This document shows, piece by piece, positions 48,552 through 56,697 of a stretch of 64,000 nt of DNA; within the stretch, counting starts at the first letter, position 1; each line of letters starts with the position of its first letter. The notes under the pieces are model-generated. The model was not told where the DNA came from, ran no database searches, and saw nothing but the letters and a program-made list of their open reading frames with translations. Origin of the DNA: Candidatus Staskawiczbacteria bacterium. Its GTDB lineage: Bacteria > Patescibacteriota > Minisyncoccia > Minisyncoccales > Staskawiczbacteraceae. The stretch lies in assembly GCA_903845295.1 (NCBI GenBank), contig CAIMWV010000035.1, positions 924-64,923 of the forward strand. Direction: 5' to 3'. The translations under genes were made by a program, and so were the position numbers.

Positions 48552-49514
48552 CTAAAATTTAATAAAAATCTCTGTTAATAAAAATACAATATACACAGAA
48601 AGCAGGGCTAATCCTTCTTTTTTAGTCAGTTTTTTTCCTGAAGCGATAAACAGGAGATAAAATATACAAGCTATTACCATAAAAATTCTGGCTATGAAAA
48701 ACGGAGAAAAATCTTTGATTTTAAATGGTGCTGCAAGAGCAACTATGCCCAAAACAAGAGTTCCGCAAACTATTACAGAGGCCATCATATCTCCGAGAAC
48801 TATCCAGTTTTCCTCTTTTCTGGCAGATATAACTGCAAAATATGTTTCGGGAAAACAGTTCCCTAAAGCAACAACCAAAAGACCTACCAGGCCCAAGGAA
48901 ACATTAAGGGCTTGGGCAAAATATTGGGCTGCATAAATTACTGCATAAGAGGCCGCTAAGAGTGTAATCAATATAATAATCAGCTTAAATAAAGCTAAAA
49001 CAAAAAGTGATTTTTTATCAATATTTTTTATTGATTTGTCATCATAAACTTTTTTAAATCTTGAGTCTTCAGAAAAAAGCCACCAAGCGTAAGCAAAAAA
49101 ACAAAAAATCAATATTACCCCGTCTATTCTATCTAACCCGCCTGTTCTTAATACTAGAATCCATGGCAAAACTGCTACAACGGATGTCATAACTGCGCTA
49201 CTCTGCACCATTTTGCTTTCAGTGGAAATAAATTTTTTAGACATCAGAACCGCTATTGCCATAGCAAGAGATAGGTCAACTAAATTACCACCCATAATAT
49301 CTCCGAAAGAAATCTGCTGCAATCCGCGCAAAGCGGCGTTCAAATCAACAAACAAATTGGGCAGAGAAGATGCAAAACCCAAAATGAAAAAAGCAATAAT
49401 AAATTCTCTCCATCGTAAATATTTAGCAATCTCTGTAAGAGTTTTTATCAGCTCAGCGCTAAGCCATGAAAGGATAAGGCATGCGGCAAAAAAAATGAGT
49501 ATTTCTATAATCAT
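48552..49514 (-). CDS. Ca2+:cation antiporter (CaCA/YrbG-like) membrane protein
   Basis: 320 aa, about 10 TM helices, duplicated alpha-repeat-like regions (GNLVDLSLAMAI / LGNCFPETYFAVI). Confidence 0.6.
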   Translation of the reverse strand: MIIEILIFFAACLILSWLSAELIKTLTEIAKYLRWREFIIAFFILGFASSLPNLFVDLNAALRGLQQISFGDIMGGNLVDLSLAMAIAVLMSKKFISTESKMVQSSAVMTSVVAVLPWILVLRTGGLDRIDGVILIFCFFAYAWWLFSEDSRFKKVYDDKSIKNIDKKSLFVLALFKLIIILITLLAASYAVIYAAQYFAQALNVSLGLVGLLVVALGNCFPETYFAVISARKEENWIVLGDMMASVIVCGTLVLGIVALAAPFKIKDFSPFFIARIFMVIACIFYLLFIASGKKLTKKEGLALLSVYIVFLLTEIFIKF

Positions 49515-49526
49515 AAAAAATTAAAA

Positions 49527-50660
49527 TTATTTAATGAAATATACTATCTCGTAAATTACTCCGAGTAAAAAAACCAGTGATAACGGATAAATTACAATAT
49601 TCTTGCCGCCAATTTTTTTATACATCAATAAAATTAAAATTCCGTCAATTCCAAGCAGGATGCCGCCTATGAAAGATACCAACGGCACAAAAGATCTTAA
49701 TCCGAGCAAGAAAAGTATTAATGGCGGGACACAAGTTATTACAAACGCCTGCCAATGCTTGATTTTTAAATCAAACATGAGGGTTTTTTTGAAAATAATT
49801 CCCTGCGTGATAAAGGCGGTAAAAGTTGCCAAAGCTCCGAGCAGAAGGGAAATTGAGATTAATACACCCGGCAAAAAACCTTTTAATCCGGTTAATGCCG
49901 TCTGGTCAGTCTGCTTTCCTGAAATTCCTAATACCAAAAGTATAAATAAAAGGTAAAAAACTGAAATTATTACAGTAGAAATTGTAATTATAGTTTTTAA
50001 CCTCTTTTTCGGGTGGCCTTTCGGGCCTATAAGCATTTCCTCCACTTCGGGTATCAACCCGATCCCCCAAAGCGCAAACAGCAGCGTACCATACGGCAGA
50101 AAAAAACTGCTGAGACCTGAATTGCCGGCAAAAAAAATATTGCTTAATTTTATTTGAGAAAACCCTTCTATAAATATAAAAAAAAGAGCGGTAAAAAGCA
50201 GGATTAGAACCCAAAACTCCACCCTTTCGATTACTTTTATGTCAAAATATATGATAATGCTGACTGCCAAAAAATAAATAAGTACATAAGTCAAAATATC
50301 TCCGGAAAATACCGGTGAAAGCGCAGTTGTCAGAAATTGCGCACCGACTATTAAATAAACCAGCAGTATTCCAAAAACTGCAAATATTGTAGAGACCATT
50401 GCATAAATCCCTCCCCATTTTCCTAAGTAATAACCCACAAATCCGGGAAATCTTTTGAAATCGGGCGTCTTTAAGCTTAGTTTGCAAAAAATCAAATTAA
50501 TCGCAACAATTAAGGCTGTTATAATCAAAAAATAGCACAGCATCAGCCAGATGCCGGTCTGAAGGGCTATATACGGCAAAGATAAGAAGCCGACCCCGAT
50601 CATTCCCCCGGAAAAAACAGCAATAGGATAAATATAGTTTTTAAATAAATCCTTAAACAT
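49527..50660 (-). CDS. Polytopic membrane permease (amino-acid transporter-like, Trp/Tyr permease or HAAAP-like)
   Basis: 377 aa, about 11 TM helices, N-terminus VFSGGMIGVGFLSLPY. Confidence 0.45.
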   Translation of the reverse strand: MFKDLFKNYIYPIAVFSGGMIGVGFLSLPYIALQTGIWLMLCYFLIITALIVAINLIFCKLSLKTPDFKRFPGFVGYYLGKWGGIYAMVSTIFAVFGILLVYLIVGAQFLTTALSPVFSGDILTYVLIYFLAVSIIIYFDIKVIERVEFWVLILLFTALFFIFIEGFSQIKLSNIFFAGNSGLSSFFLPYGTLLFALWGIGLIPEVEEMLIGPKGHPKKRLKTIITISTVIISVFYLLFILLVLGISGKQTDQTALTGLKGFLPGVLISISLLLGALATFTAFITQGIIFKKTLMFDLKIKHWQAFVITCVPPLILFLLGLRSFVPLVSFIGGILLGIDGILILLMYKKIGGKNIVIYPLSLVFLLGVIYEIVYFIK

Positions 50661-50760
50661 TATTACATTTTACTACAAAAATACCTCTGCCGGTATGGGG
50701 ATAACTATTTAAACAAAAATAGACAAAATAACGTTTTTGTTCTATAATAAAATAAATTTT

Positions 50761-50835
50761 GGCCCCATCGTCTAGCCTGGTCTAGGACATTTGCTTCTCA
50801 AGCAAGTAACACCAGTTCAAATCTGGTTGGGGCCA
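50761..50835 (+). tRNA. tRNA-Glu (anticodon CTC), CCA encoded at 50836-50838
   Basis: Acceptor GGCCCCA/TGGGGCC, anticodon stem TTTGC/GCAAG with loop TTCTCAA, T-arm ACCAG-TTCAAAT-CTGGT. Confidence 0.9.
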
Positions 50836-50862
50836 CCAATTATTTTATATTGAATACGGATT

Positions 50863-52707
50863 ATGGATTTTACATTTAAAAAAATCTTCCAGCCACCTGT
50901 CAGAGAATATACAACAGCAGTTTTTGTGCTGATTGGATTATTTTTAGATTACTTTTTTGGATTCAAAAATATCCTCTTGGTTATTGCCGTAATCGGATCA
51001 ATCGTTCCATTAATAAATGGCGTTTTACCATTGATAAGGGGTAAAATTACCATAGACACATTTAACGCGTTCGCATTGATAATCACGTTTATTACCAGAG
51101 AATTCCGTTCGTCGGCATTTATCATATTAATGTTATCATTTGCATATATCCTTGAATGGCACATGACAAACAGGAAAAACAGGGCAATAGACAGGCTTAT
51201 GAAATTAAAGCCGGTGAAAGCGTTTATAGAGAGGGGCGGGATGATTGAGGAAATTAAGACAGAAGATATTAAAAAGGGCGATATCCTTGTTGTGGAAGAA
51301 GGACTACAAATTCCAACAGACGGAGTGGTCGTTTTTGGCGAAGCATCAGTAAACGAAGCTATAATTACCGGAGAATCTATGCCAGTCAAAAAAAATGTAT
51401 CAGATAATGTTTTTGGCTCAACTGTTAATATAAACGGTACAATAAAAATAAAAGCAACCAGGGTTGGCAAAGATTCAACAATCGAACGCATCGCCGGACT
51501 TATCAACGAAGCATCAAAACATAAATCTCACTCTGAAAAAATAGCTGATCGTTTTGCTAAAGTATTCTTGCCGTTCGTACTTATCGTCGGAGCTATTACA
51601 TATCTGATAACTCATAACATTTTATATGTCGCTTCATTATTTTTAATAGCTTGCGCTGACGATATGGCTGTTGCAATACCACTGGCTATTACCGCTTCAA
51701 TCGGAAAAGCTGCAAAAAGAGGCATGATCATCAAGGGAGGAGAATGGTTGGATGTTCTTTCAAGAGTTAAAACAATTGTAATTGATAAAACCGGGACGCT
51801 TACTTACGGAGATTTGAATATAGCAAAAACCGTTATCAAGAATGGCATCTCGCCAAAAGATTTTTGGACTTTCGTCGGCATCGCAGAAAAATTATCCGCC
51901 CACCCGTCTGGGCGCGCAATTTATAAAGAGGCTATGAATTACACCAGTACTATTCCCGATCCCGAATCATTCGCTGTTATCAAAGGTACCGGCGCATCTG
52001 CAACATATAAATCTCACGAAATTATCATTGGGAATTCCGATGTCCTATCGGCTGCAAGAATTCCCAAAGATTCTATATTCTTTCAGGAAATAAAAGAGCT
52101 GACTGAAAAAGAGAATTTGCCGGTTGATGTGGTTGTTTTAGATTCAAAAGTCATCGGGTATATTTTAGTCCGCGACATACCTAGGGCTGAAGCGAAGGAA
52201 AGCATTAATAAATTAAGAAAAATCGGCATAGAAAAGATTACGATGTTTACCGGCGATGCAAAGAATATAGCTGATCAAATCGGAAAGGAACTGGGGATTT
52301 CCGATATAAAACCAGGAATGAAGCCGGAGGATAAGTTAGTTGAATTAGAGAAATTAATTGCCAAGGACGGTAAATTGGCTATGATTGGCGATGGAATCAA
52401 TGACACTCCTGCTTTAATGAGGGCTGATATAGGAATTGCAATGGGGGGAGCCGGAACTGAAGTGGTGATGGAAACAGCAGATGCGATAATTTTTACAGAC
52501 AAGCTTAATCTTTTGCCGGAGATGATTTTATTGGGACGCAAAACTATGTCGGTCATCCGGGGCGATATGTTAATATGGTTTTTAACAAACGTCATCGGTT
52601 TTGCCTTGGTCTTTCTGGGTTTTGTAAATCCGGCACTAGCGGCATTTTATAATTTCGCCACCGATTTCTTCCCCCTTATAAATTCAAGCCGGCTTTTCAG
52701 GGATTAA
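50863..52707 (+). CDS. P-type ATPase (HAD-like, no N-terminal metal-binding domain and no CPx motif; substrate unclear)
   Basis: DKTGTLTYGD, TGES-like TGESMPV, GDGINDTPAL, 6-8 TM helices. Confidence 0.8.
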   Translation: MDFTFKKIFQPPVREYTTAVFVLIGLFLDYFFGFKNILLVIAVIGSIVPLINGVLPLIRGKITIDTFNAFALIITFITREFRSSAFIILMLSFAYILEWHMTNRKNRAIDRLMKLKPVKAFIERGGMIEEIKTEDIKKGDILVVEEGLQIPTDGVVVFGEASVNEAIITGESMPVKKNVSDNVFGSTVNINGTIKIKATRVGKDSTIERIAGLINEASKHKSHSEKIADRFAKVFLPFVLIVGAITYLITHNILYVASLFLIACADDMAVAIPLAITASIGKAAKRGMIIKGGEWLDVLSRVKTIVIDKTGTLTYGDLNIAKTVIKNGISPKDFWTFVGIAEKLSAHPSGRAIYKEAMNYTSTIPDPESFAVIKGTGASATYKSHEIIIGNSDVLSAARIPKDSIFFQEIKELTEKENLPVDVVVLDSKVIGYILVRDIPRAEAKESINKLRKIGIEKITMFTGDAKNIADQIGKELGISDIKPGMKPEDKLVELEKLIAKDGKLAMIGDGINDTPALMRADIGIAMGGAGTEVVMETADAIIFTDKLNLLPEMILLGRKTMSVIRGDMLIWFLTNVIGFALVFLGFVNPALAAFYNFATDFFPLINSSRLFRD

Positions 52708-52767
52708 TTATACTGGCAAGTATAAAAGCTAAAAATTTTATTCGAAACGATTATCTGTAAGTATAAA

Positions 52768-52799
52768 TAAAAATCGATGCTTTCAGCGTCGATTTTTTA
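52768..52799. terminator. Bidirectional terminator (ATCGATGCT-TTC-AGCGTCGAT flanked by A5 / T6)
   Basis: 9-bp stem with one G-U pair. Convergent between the P-type ATPase (+) and ftsI (-). Confidence 0.7.
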
Positions 52800-52812
52800 T
52801 GAAAAATAATAT

Positions 52813-54534
52813 TTATTGCTTCGCATTCACATCATAATCCGGCGGAATCTGCCAATAGTTAATAATATACTGTGCTAATTGTTTAAAAATAGGAACTGCT
52901 GAAAGGGCTGACTTGGAAACTTTTGGATCATCTAATTTTACCAATATCAAAAACTGCGGATTGAAAGCCGGGCCATAGCCAACATAGCTCTGGATGGTTT
53001 TGTCCAAATCATATCCTTTTCCGTTTTTTAATGGAACCTGAGCCGTGCCTGTTTTACCGCCCAAATAATAACCTGGAATTTTTGCCACTCCATTAAAACC
53101 CTTATCAGCAACGTTAATTAACATTGAGTTCAGCTGGGAAATTGTCTGCTGAGAAACAATCGGCTGGGATATTTCCGGTTTTGTATCGGTCTCATCTCCC
53201 CCGTTAACAATTTTCTCAACTATATATGGCTTTACTAATTTTCCCCCATTAGCTATAGCACAAAAACCTCTGGCAATTTGTATAGGAGTCAGTCCAATTC
53301 CCTGTCCAAAAGAAGCCGTGGCAAAATTAAAATCTGGCCCATTTTTTAAATTATCATTTTTAGAATAAACCTCTCCCTGAAGGTCAATCCCTGTTTTTGA
53401 AGTAAACCCAAATTTATCGATATAACCAAAAAATGTTTTGTGCGGAATTTGTTGTTCTGCAAAAACCGCTCCGGTGTTGATTGAATTTTCCAAAACCTGA
53501 GTCATCGTCTGTTTGCCGTAAATTTCGTTAGCAAAGTTATGTATTGATTTTAACCCAAAAGTCAAAACGCCCATGTCTATATAAGTTGTGTCTGGAGTTA
53601 TTTTGCCCTCGTTTAGTGCGGCTGCCATTGTAAAAGGTTTCATTATGGATCCCGGCTCAAAAAGTTTTTGCACAGCGGAGTTTTGGAAAATACTCAAGTC
53701 TGTTTCTTTTGAGTATTGATTAGGATCAAAGTTGGGAAAATTCGCCAATGCCAAAATCTTTCCAGTATCAGGTTTCATGACTATTATCTGGCCAGAGTCT
53801 ATATCATCTTTTTTTTGTTCCTGCTTTAACAGGGCCTCCGCCTGAAATTGTATATTATAATCGATTGTTAAATATATATCTGAACCATCTAAAGATATCT
53901 GGTTGTCATTTGAAAAAATGGAATCCAATCCCGACCTTTCCTCTTGGACCCCGGATTTGCCTTTTAAAATATCTTCGTAGTAATCTTCGACGCCGTATTG
54001 GCCAGACCCAGAGCCCCCAAAAAAACCAATCGTCTCGGACGCCATCTCCCCTTGCGGGTAAAATCTTTGTGGCACATTTTGCCAGGACAAGCCATTGAGA
54101 TTTAATGCTTTGATTTTATCTAAATCTGCAGTTGATAAATTTTTTTTTAAGATAATATAAGAATCTTTGCTATTTAATTCTGAAAGTATCTGGTCTTGCG
54201 TCTCGCCAATGTTTTTACTTAGAGCCTCTGCAAAAGCTGCTTTATCTTTAATATCTTTCGGATTTGCAGAGATTGTCCAGCTGTCTTTATTTATAGCCAA
54301 GCTTTTTACTTCGCCTGATCCCCGGCTGCCTTTCGTTTCTTGGCTGTTTTCACAAAAAATCTGGCCGCGGGAACCTACAATATTGTTAAAAGCAACCTGC
54401 TGGCCAAGAGCTTGCGCCTCATAAAGTTTGCGGTCTAAAATCTGCAGAAAAAACAGGCGGCTAATAATAGCTGCCCCGAAAATAAAAATTAAGATTAAAA
54501 TTGTGTTTACGCGCCAATTGGTAAACTTTTTCAT
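52813..54534 (-). CDS. ftsI: Peptidoglycan D,D-transpeptidase FtsI / class B PBP
   Basis: N-terminal TM helix, dimerisation domain, transpeptidase motifs SIMKPF (SxxK), SxN, KTGTA. Confidence 0.9.
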   Translation of the reverse strand: MKKFTNWRVNTILILIFIFGAAIISRLFFLQILDRKLYEAQALGQQVAFNNIVGSRGQIFCENSQETKGSRGSGEVKSLAINKDSWTISANPKDIKDKAAFAEALSKNIGETQDQILSELNSKDSYIILKKNLSTADLDKIKALNLNGLSWQNVPQRFYPQGEMASETIGFFGGSGSGQYGVEDYYEDILKGKSGVQEERSGLDSIFSNDNQISLDGSDIYLTIDYNIQFQAEALLKQEQKKDDIDSGQIIVMKPDTGKILALANFPNFDPNQYSKETDLSIFQNSAVQKLFEPGSIMKPFTMAAALNEGKITPDTTYIDMGVLTFGLKSIHNFANEIYGKQTMTQVLENSINTGAVFAEQQIPHKTFFGYIDKFGFTSKTGIDLQGEVYSKNDNLKNGPDFNFATASFGQGIGLTPIQIARGFCAIANGGKLVKPYIVEKIVNGGDETDTKPEISQPIVSQQTISQLNSMLINVADKGFNGVAKIPGYYLGGKTGTAQVPLKNGKGYDLDKTIQSYVGYGPAFNPQFLILVKLDDPKVSKSALSAVPIFKQLAQYIINYWQIPPDYDVNAKQ

Positions 54535-54908
54535 CTAACGTTATTTTGTTGGACCGTAGCGACTGAACTGTCTGAAATCTGGATATATTTTACTGAAGTG
54601 GTTTTTTGAAAATTTAATGCTTGTATTTTTTCAAGAGCTTGGCCTAAAAAACTGCTCTCTGCAAAAGAAACCTCTAAGTTTTTATTTTCATCTGAAAGTT
54701 TGCTGATCTGCTTTTCATAACTGTTTATCTGATAAGATCCTCGCGTCAGGTCATTTATCTGCCAGACATAAAAAACCAATAAGGCTAAACTCATAAAAAA
54801 TCCTATAAAGCAAACTGCCTTCCAATTTATTTCCGGAAGACTTACAGAATTGATTTTAGCTTGTAAGTTTTTTTGTATTCTATGATAACTTATTGTTGCT
54901 GTTGTCAT
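54531..54908 (-). CDS. ftsL: Cell division protein FtsL-like (single TM + coiled coil)
   Basis: 125 aa. TM helix FIGFFMSLALLVFYVW followed by a heptad-like region. Position between rsmH and ftsI. Confidence 0.65.
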   Translation of the reverse strand: MTTATISYHRIQKNLQAKINSVSLPEINWKAVCFIGFFMSLALLVFYVWQINDLTRGSYQINSYEKQISKLSDENKNLEVSFAESSFLGQALEKIQALNFQKTTSVKYIQISDSSVATVQQNNVR

Positions 54909-55034
54909 AATTATGAAGGAGTGAGATATAAGAAATTCTGAGCGAGAGAAAATGAAAATTTATTTTTTATTTTCTCGAGTAAGTAGTTTGTTATATCGAC
55001 CGAGCGATTAATTATATAAATTGCGGAGCAATCT

Positions 55035-55922
55035 CTATAATTTAACCGCTACTCTCAGCTTCGCAGATCTCGCCCGAGGATTTTTTCCAAGCTCGTCTCT
55101 GCTTGCTGTTATTGGTTTTTTAGTTAATATTTTTATTATTCCTTTTTTTGATTCGTTTGCTAAAAAATTTTTAATGATCCTATCTTCTAAAGAATGGAAA
55201 GAGATTACTGCTAATCTTCCTTCCGGCGCTAAAATTGAAATAGCCTGAGGCAAGACTTTTTTAATGTTTTCTAATTCATCGTTGACCGCGATTCTTAATG
55301 CTTGAAAGGTTCTGGTCGCATAATGAATTTTCCCCCGCCAATATGCGCTTGGCGTTGCGTCTTTTATAATTTCTATTAACTGGAATGTACTTTTAATTCT
55401 TCCCAGTTTCCGATGCTCTACGATATTTTTTGCAATCTTTTTGGCGAACTTTTCTTCACCGTAATCCTTTAAAATTTCCTCAATTTTTTCTTCCGGCCAG
55501 TCATTCACAATTTTCTCTGCTGTTAGATAGCCTGTCTCGTCGTTATATCTCATGTCTAATCCCTGGTCTATTTGAAAAGAAAATCCCTTATGCGCGGCTG
55601 CCAGCTGCGCTGACGACATCCCTAAATCCAATAAAATTCCATTAACCGGGCCGAAATTCCTTCTTTCAATGATTTCCGTTAAATTTGTGTAAGAATCATT
55701 AACTAAAACTATCCTATCTTTAAAGATTGCCTCCAGCCATTGGCTTGCTGAAATTTGTTGCGGATCTAAATCAATCCCTAAAACTTTTCCTTCCGGTCCA
55801 TTTCTTTTGAGTATATCTTCTGTGTGTCCGCCCTCGCCTATCGTACAATCAACAAAATTTTCTTTCTGCTTAGGATCCAGATATTCTAAAACTTCTTTTT
55901 TAAGAACTGCTGTGTGTATCAT
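55035..55922 (-). CDS. rsmH: 16S rRNA (cytosine1402-N4)-methyltransferase RsmH
   Basis: HTAVLKKEVLEYL...DCTIGEGGHT...GILLDLGMSSAQL...RLAVISFHSLEDR. Confidence 0.95.
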   Translation of the reverse strand: MIHTAVLKKEVLEYLDPKQKENFVDCTIGEGGHTEDILKRNGPEGKVLGIDLDPQQISASQWLEAIFKDRIVLVNDSYTNLTEIIERRNFGPVNGILLDLGMSSAQLAAAHKGFSFQIDQGLDMRYNDETGYLTAEKIVNDWPEEKIEEILKDYGEEKFAKKIAKNIVEHRKLGRIKSTFQLIEIIKDATPSAYWRGKIHYATRTFQALRIAVNDELENIKKVLPQAISILAPEGRLAVISFHSLEDRIIKNFLANESKKGIIKILTKKPITASRDELGKNPRARSAKLRVAVKL

Positions 55923-56000
55923 AATTACAAATGAGGGAAAAATGAAAATTCATTTTCATTTTGACCGAATGCGGAATTATATAAATTACGGCTGCAATTT

Positions 56001-56432
56001 CTATATTCCTAAACCTCCTAATTTTGAAACAATTTCGTCAACTCCTTTTTCCGCTGCTTTTTTATAAGTTTCCCATTTTTCAGAGTCCCATATTTCTAAT
56101 CTGTTGGACAAGCCGCATATAACAACGTTTTTTTTCAGGCCGGCATAATCTTTCAGATAATCCGGTACAAGTATTCTTCCTAATTTATCTAAAGATACTT
56201 CCATGGCGCCGGCCAGAATCATTCTGGTAAAAGACCTTGCTTCCGCCTGGCTTATCGTCAGGCTTCCCAGCTTGTCTGACATTATTTTCCATTCAGCTTC
56301 CGTATAAACGGCAAGACAGCCCTCAATTCCCCTTGTGATTATTACTTTATCTCCTAGCTCGCCTCTGAATTTTGCAGGCAAAGCTAATCGCTTTTTATTA
56401 TCAATTGTATGTTCGTATTGGCCGATAAGCAT
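56001..56432 (-). CDS. mraZ: Transcriptional regulator MraZ
   Basis: Tandem MraZ/SpoVT-AbrB-like domains (MLIGQYEHTIDNKKRLALPAKFR... and RLEIWD). Confidence 0.9.
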   Translation of the reverse strand: MLIGQYEHTIDNKKRLALPAKFRGELGDKVIITRGIEGCLAVYTEAEWKIMSDKLGSLTISQAEARSFTRMILAGAMEVSLDKLGRILVPDYLKDYAGLKKNVVICGLSNRLEIWDSEKWETYKKAAEKGVDEIVSKLGGLGI

Positions 56433-56460
56433 ATATAAAGATATTCACTTGATTTGATAG

Positions 56461-56494
56461 TTCTCCCACATTTATCCACAGATTCCCACTTCAT
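56461..56494 (-). promoter_or_regulatory. Three direct repeats GTGGG-N5-GTGGA-N5-GTGGG (minus strand) with exact 10-bp spacing, just downstream of a TTGACT-N18-TATAAA promoter candidate (56499-56528); candidate MraZ operator
   Basis: CCCAC at 56465, TCCAC at 56475, CCCAC at 56485 on the plus strand. The arrangement resembles the GTGGN direct-repeat MraZ binding sites described in E. coli. Confidence 0.5.
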
Positions 56495-56605
56495 CTTATT
56501 TATAGTCCACTTTATGATACTTAGTCAACACCTTTGGCCAAAGACCTATTTTGTTCGTAAATAGGCCTATTTTTCCACCAGTTATCCACAGTTGAATTTT
56601 CGATA

Positions 56606-56618
56606 ATTGTCGCACAAT
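56606..56618. repeat. Copy f of the 13-bp palindromic motif (ATTGTCGCACAAT, perfect)
   Basis: Between two TTATCCACA boxes in the leuA / mraZ intergenic region. Confidence 0.7.
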
Positions 56619-56697
56619 GAGGGTTATCCACAAATTTGTAATAAAATAAGCTCCACCGAAGTGAAGCTTCAGCTGTTGAGGTTTTACACTCTAACAA

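Noticed and set aside
56472-56632. Three perfect DnaA boxes read as the chromosomal origin oriC
   Set aside because: All boxes are in one orientation, and no dnaA / dnaN or obvious DnaA-trio / DUE arrangement is present. One box coincides with a GTGGA MraZ-type repeat. It is kept as a finding but not called oriC.
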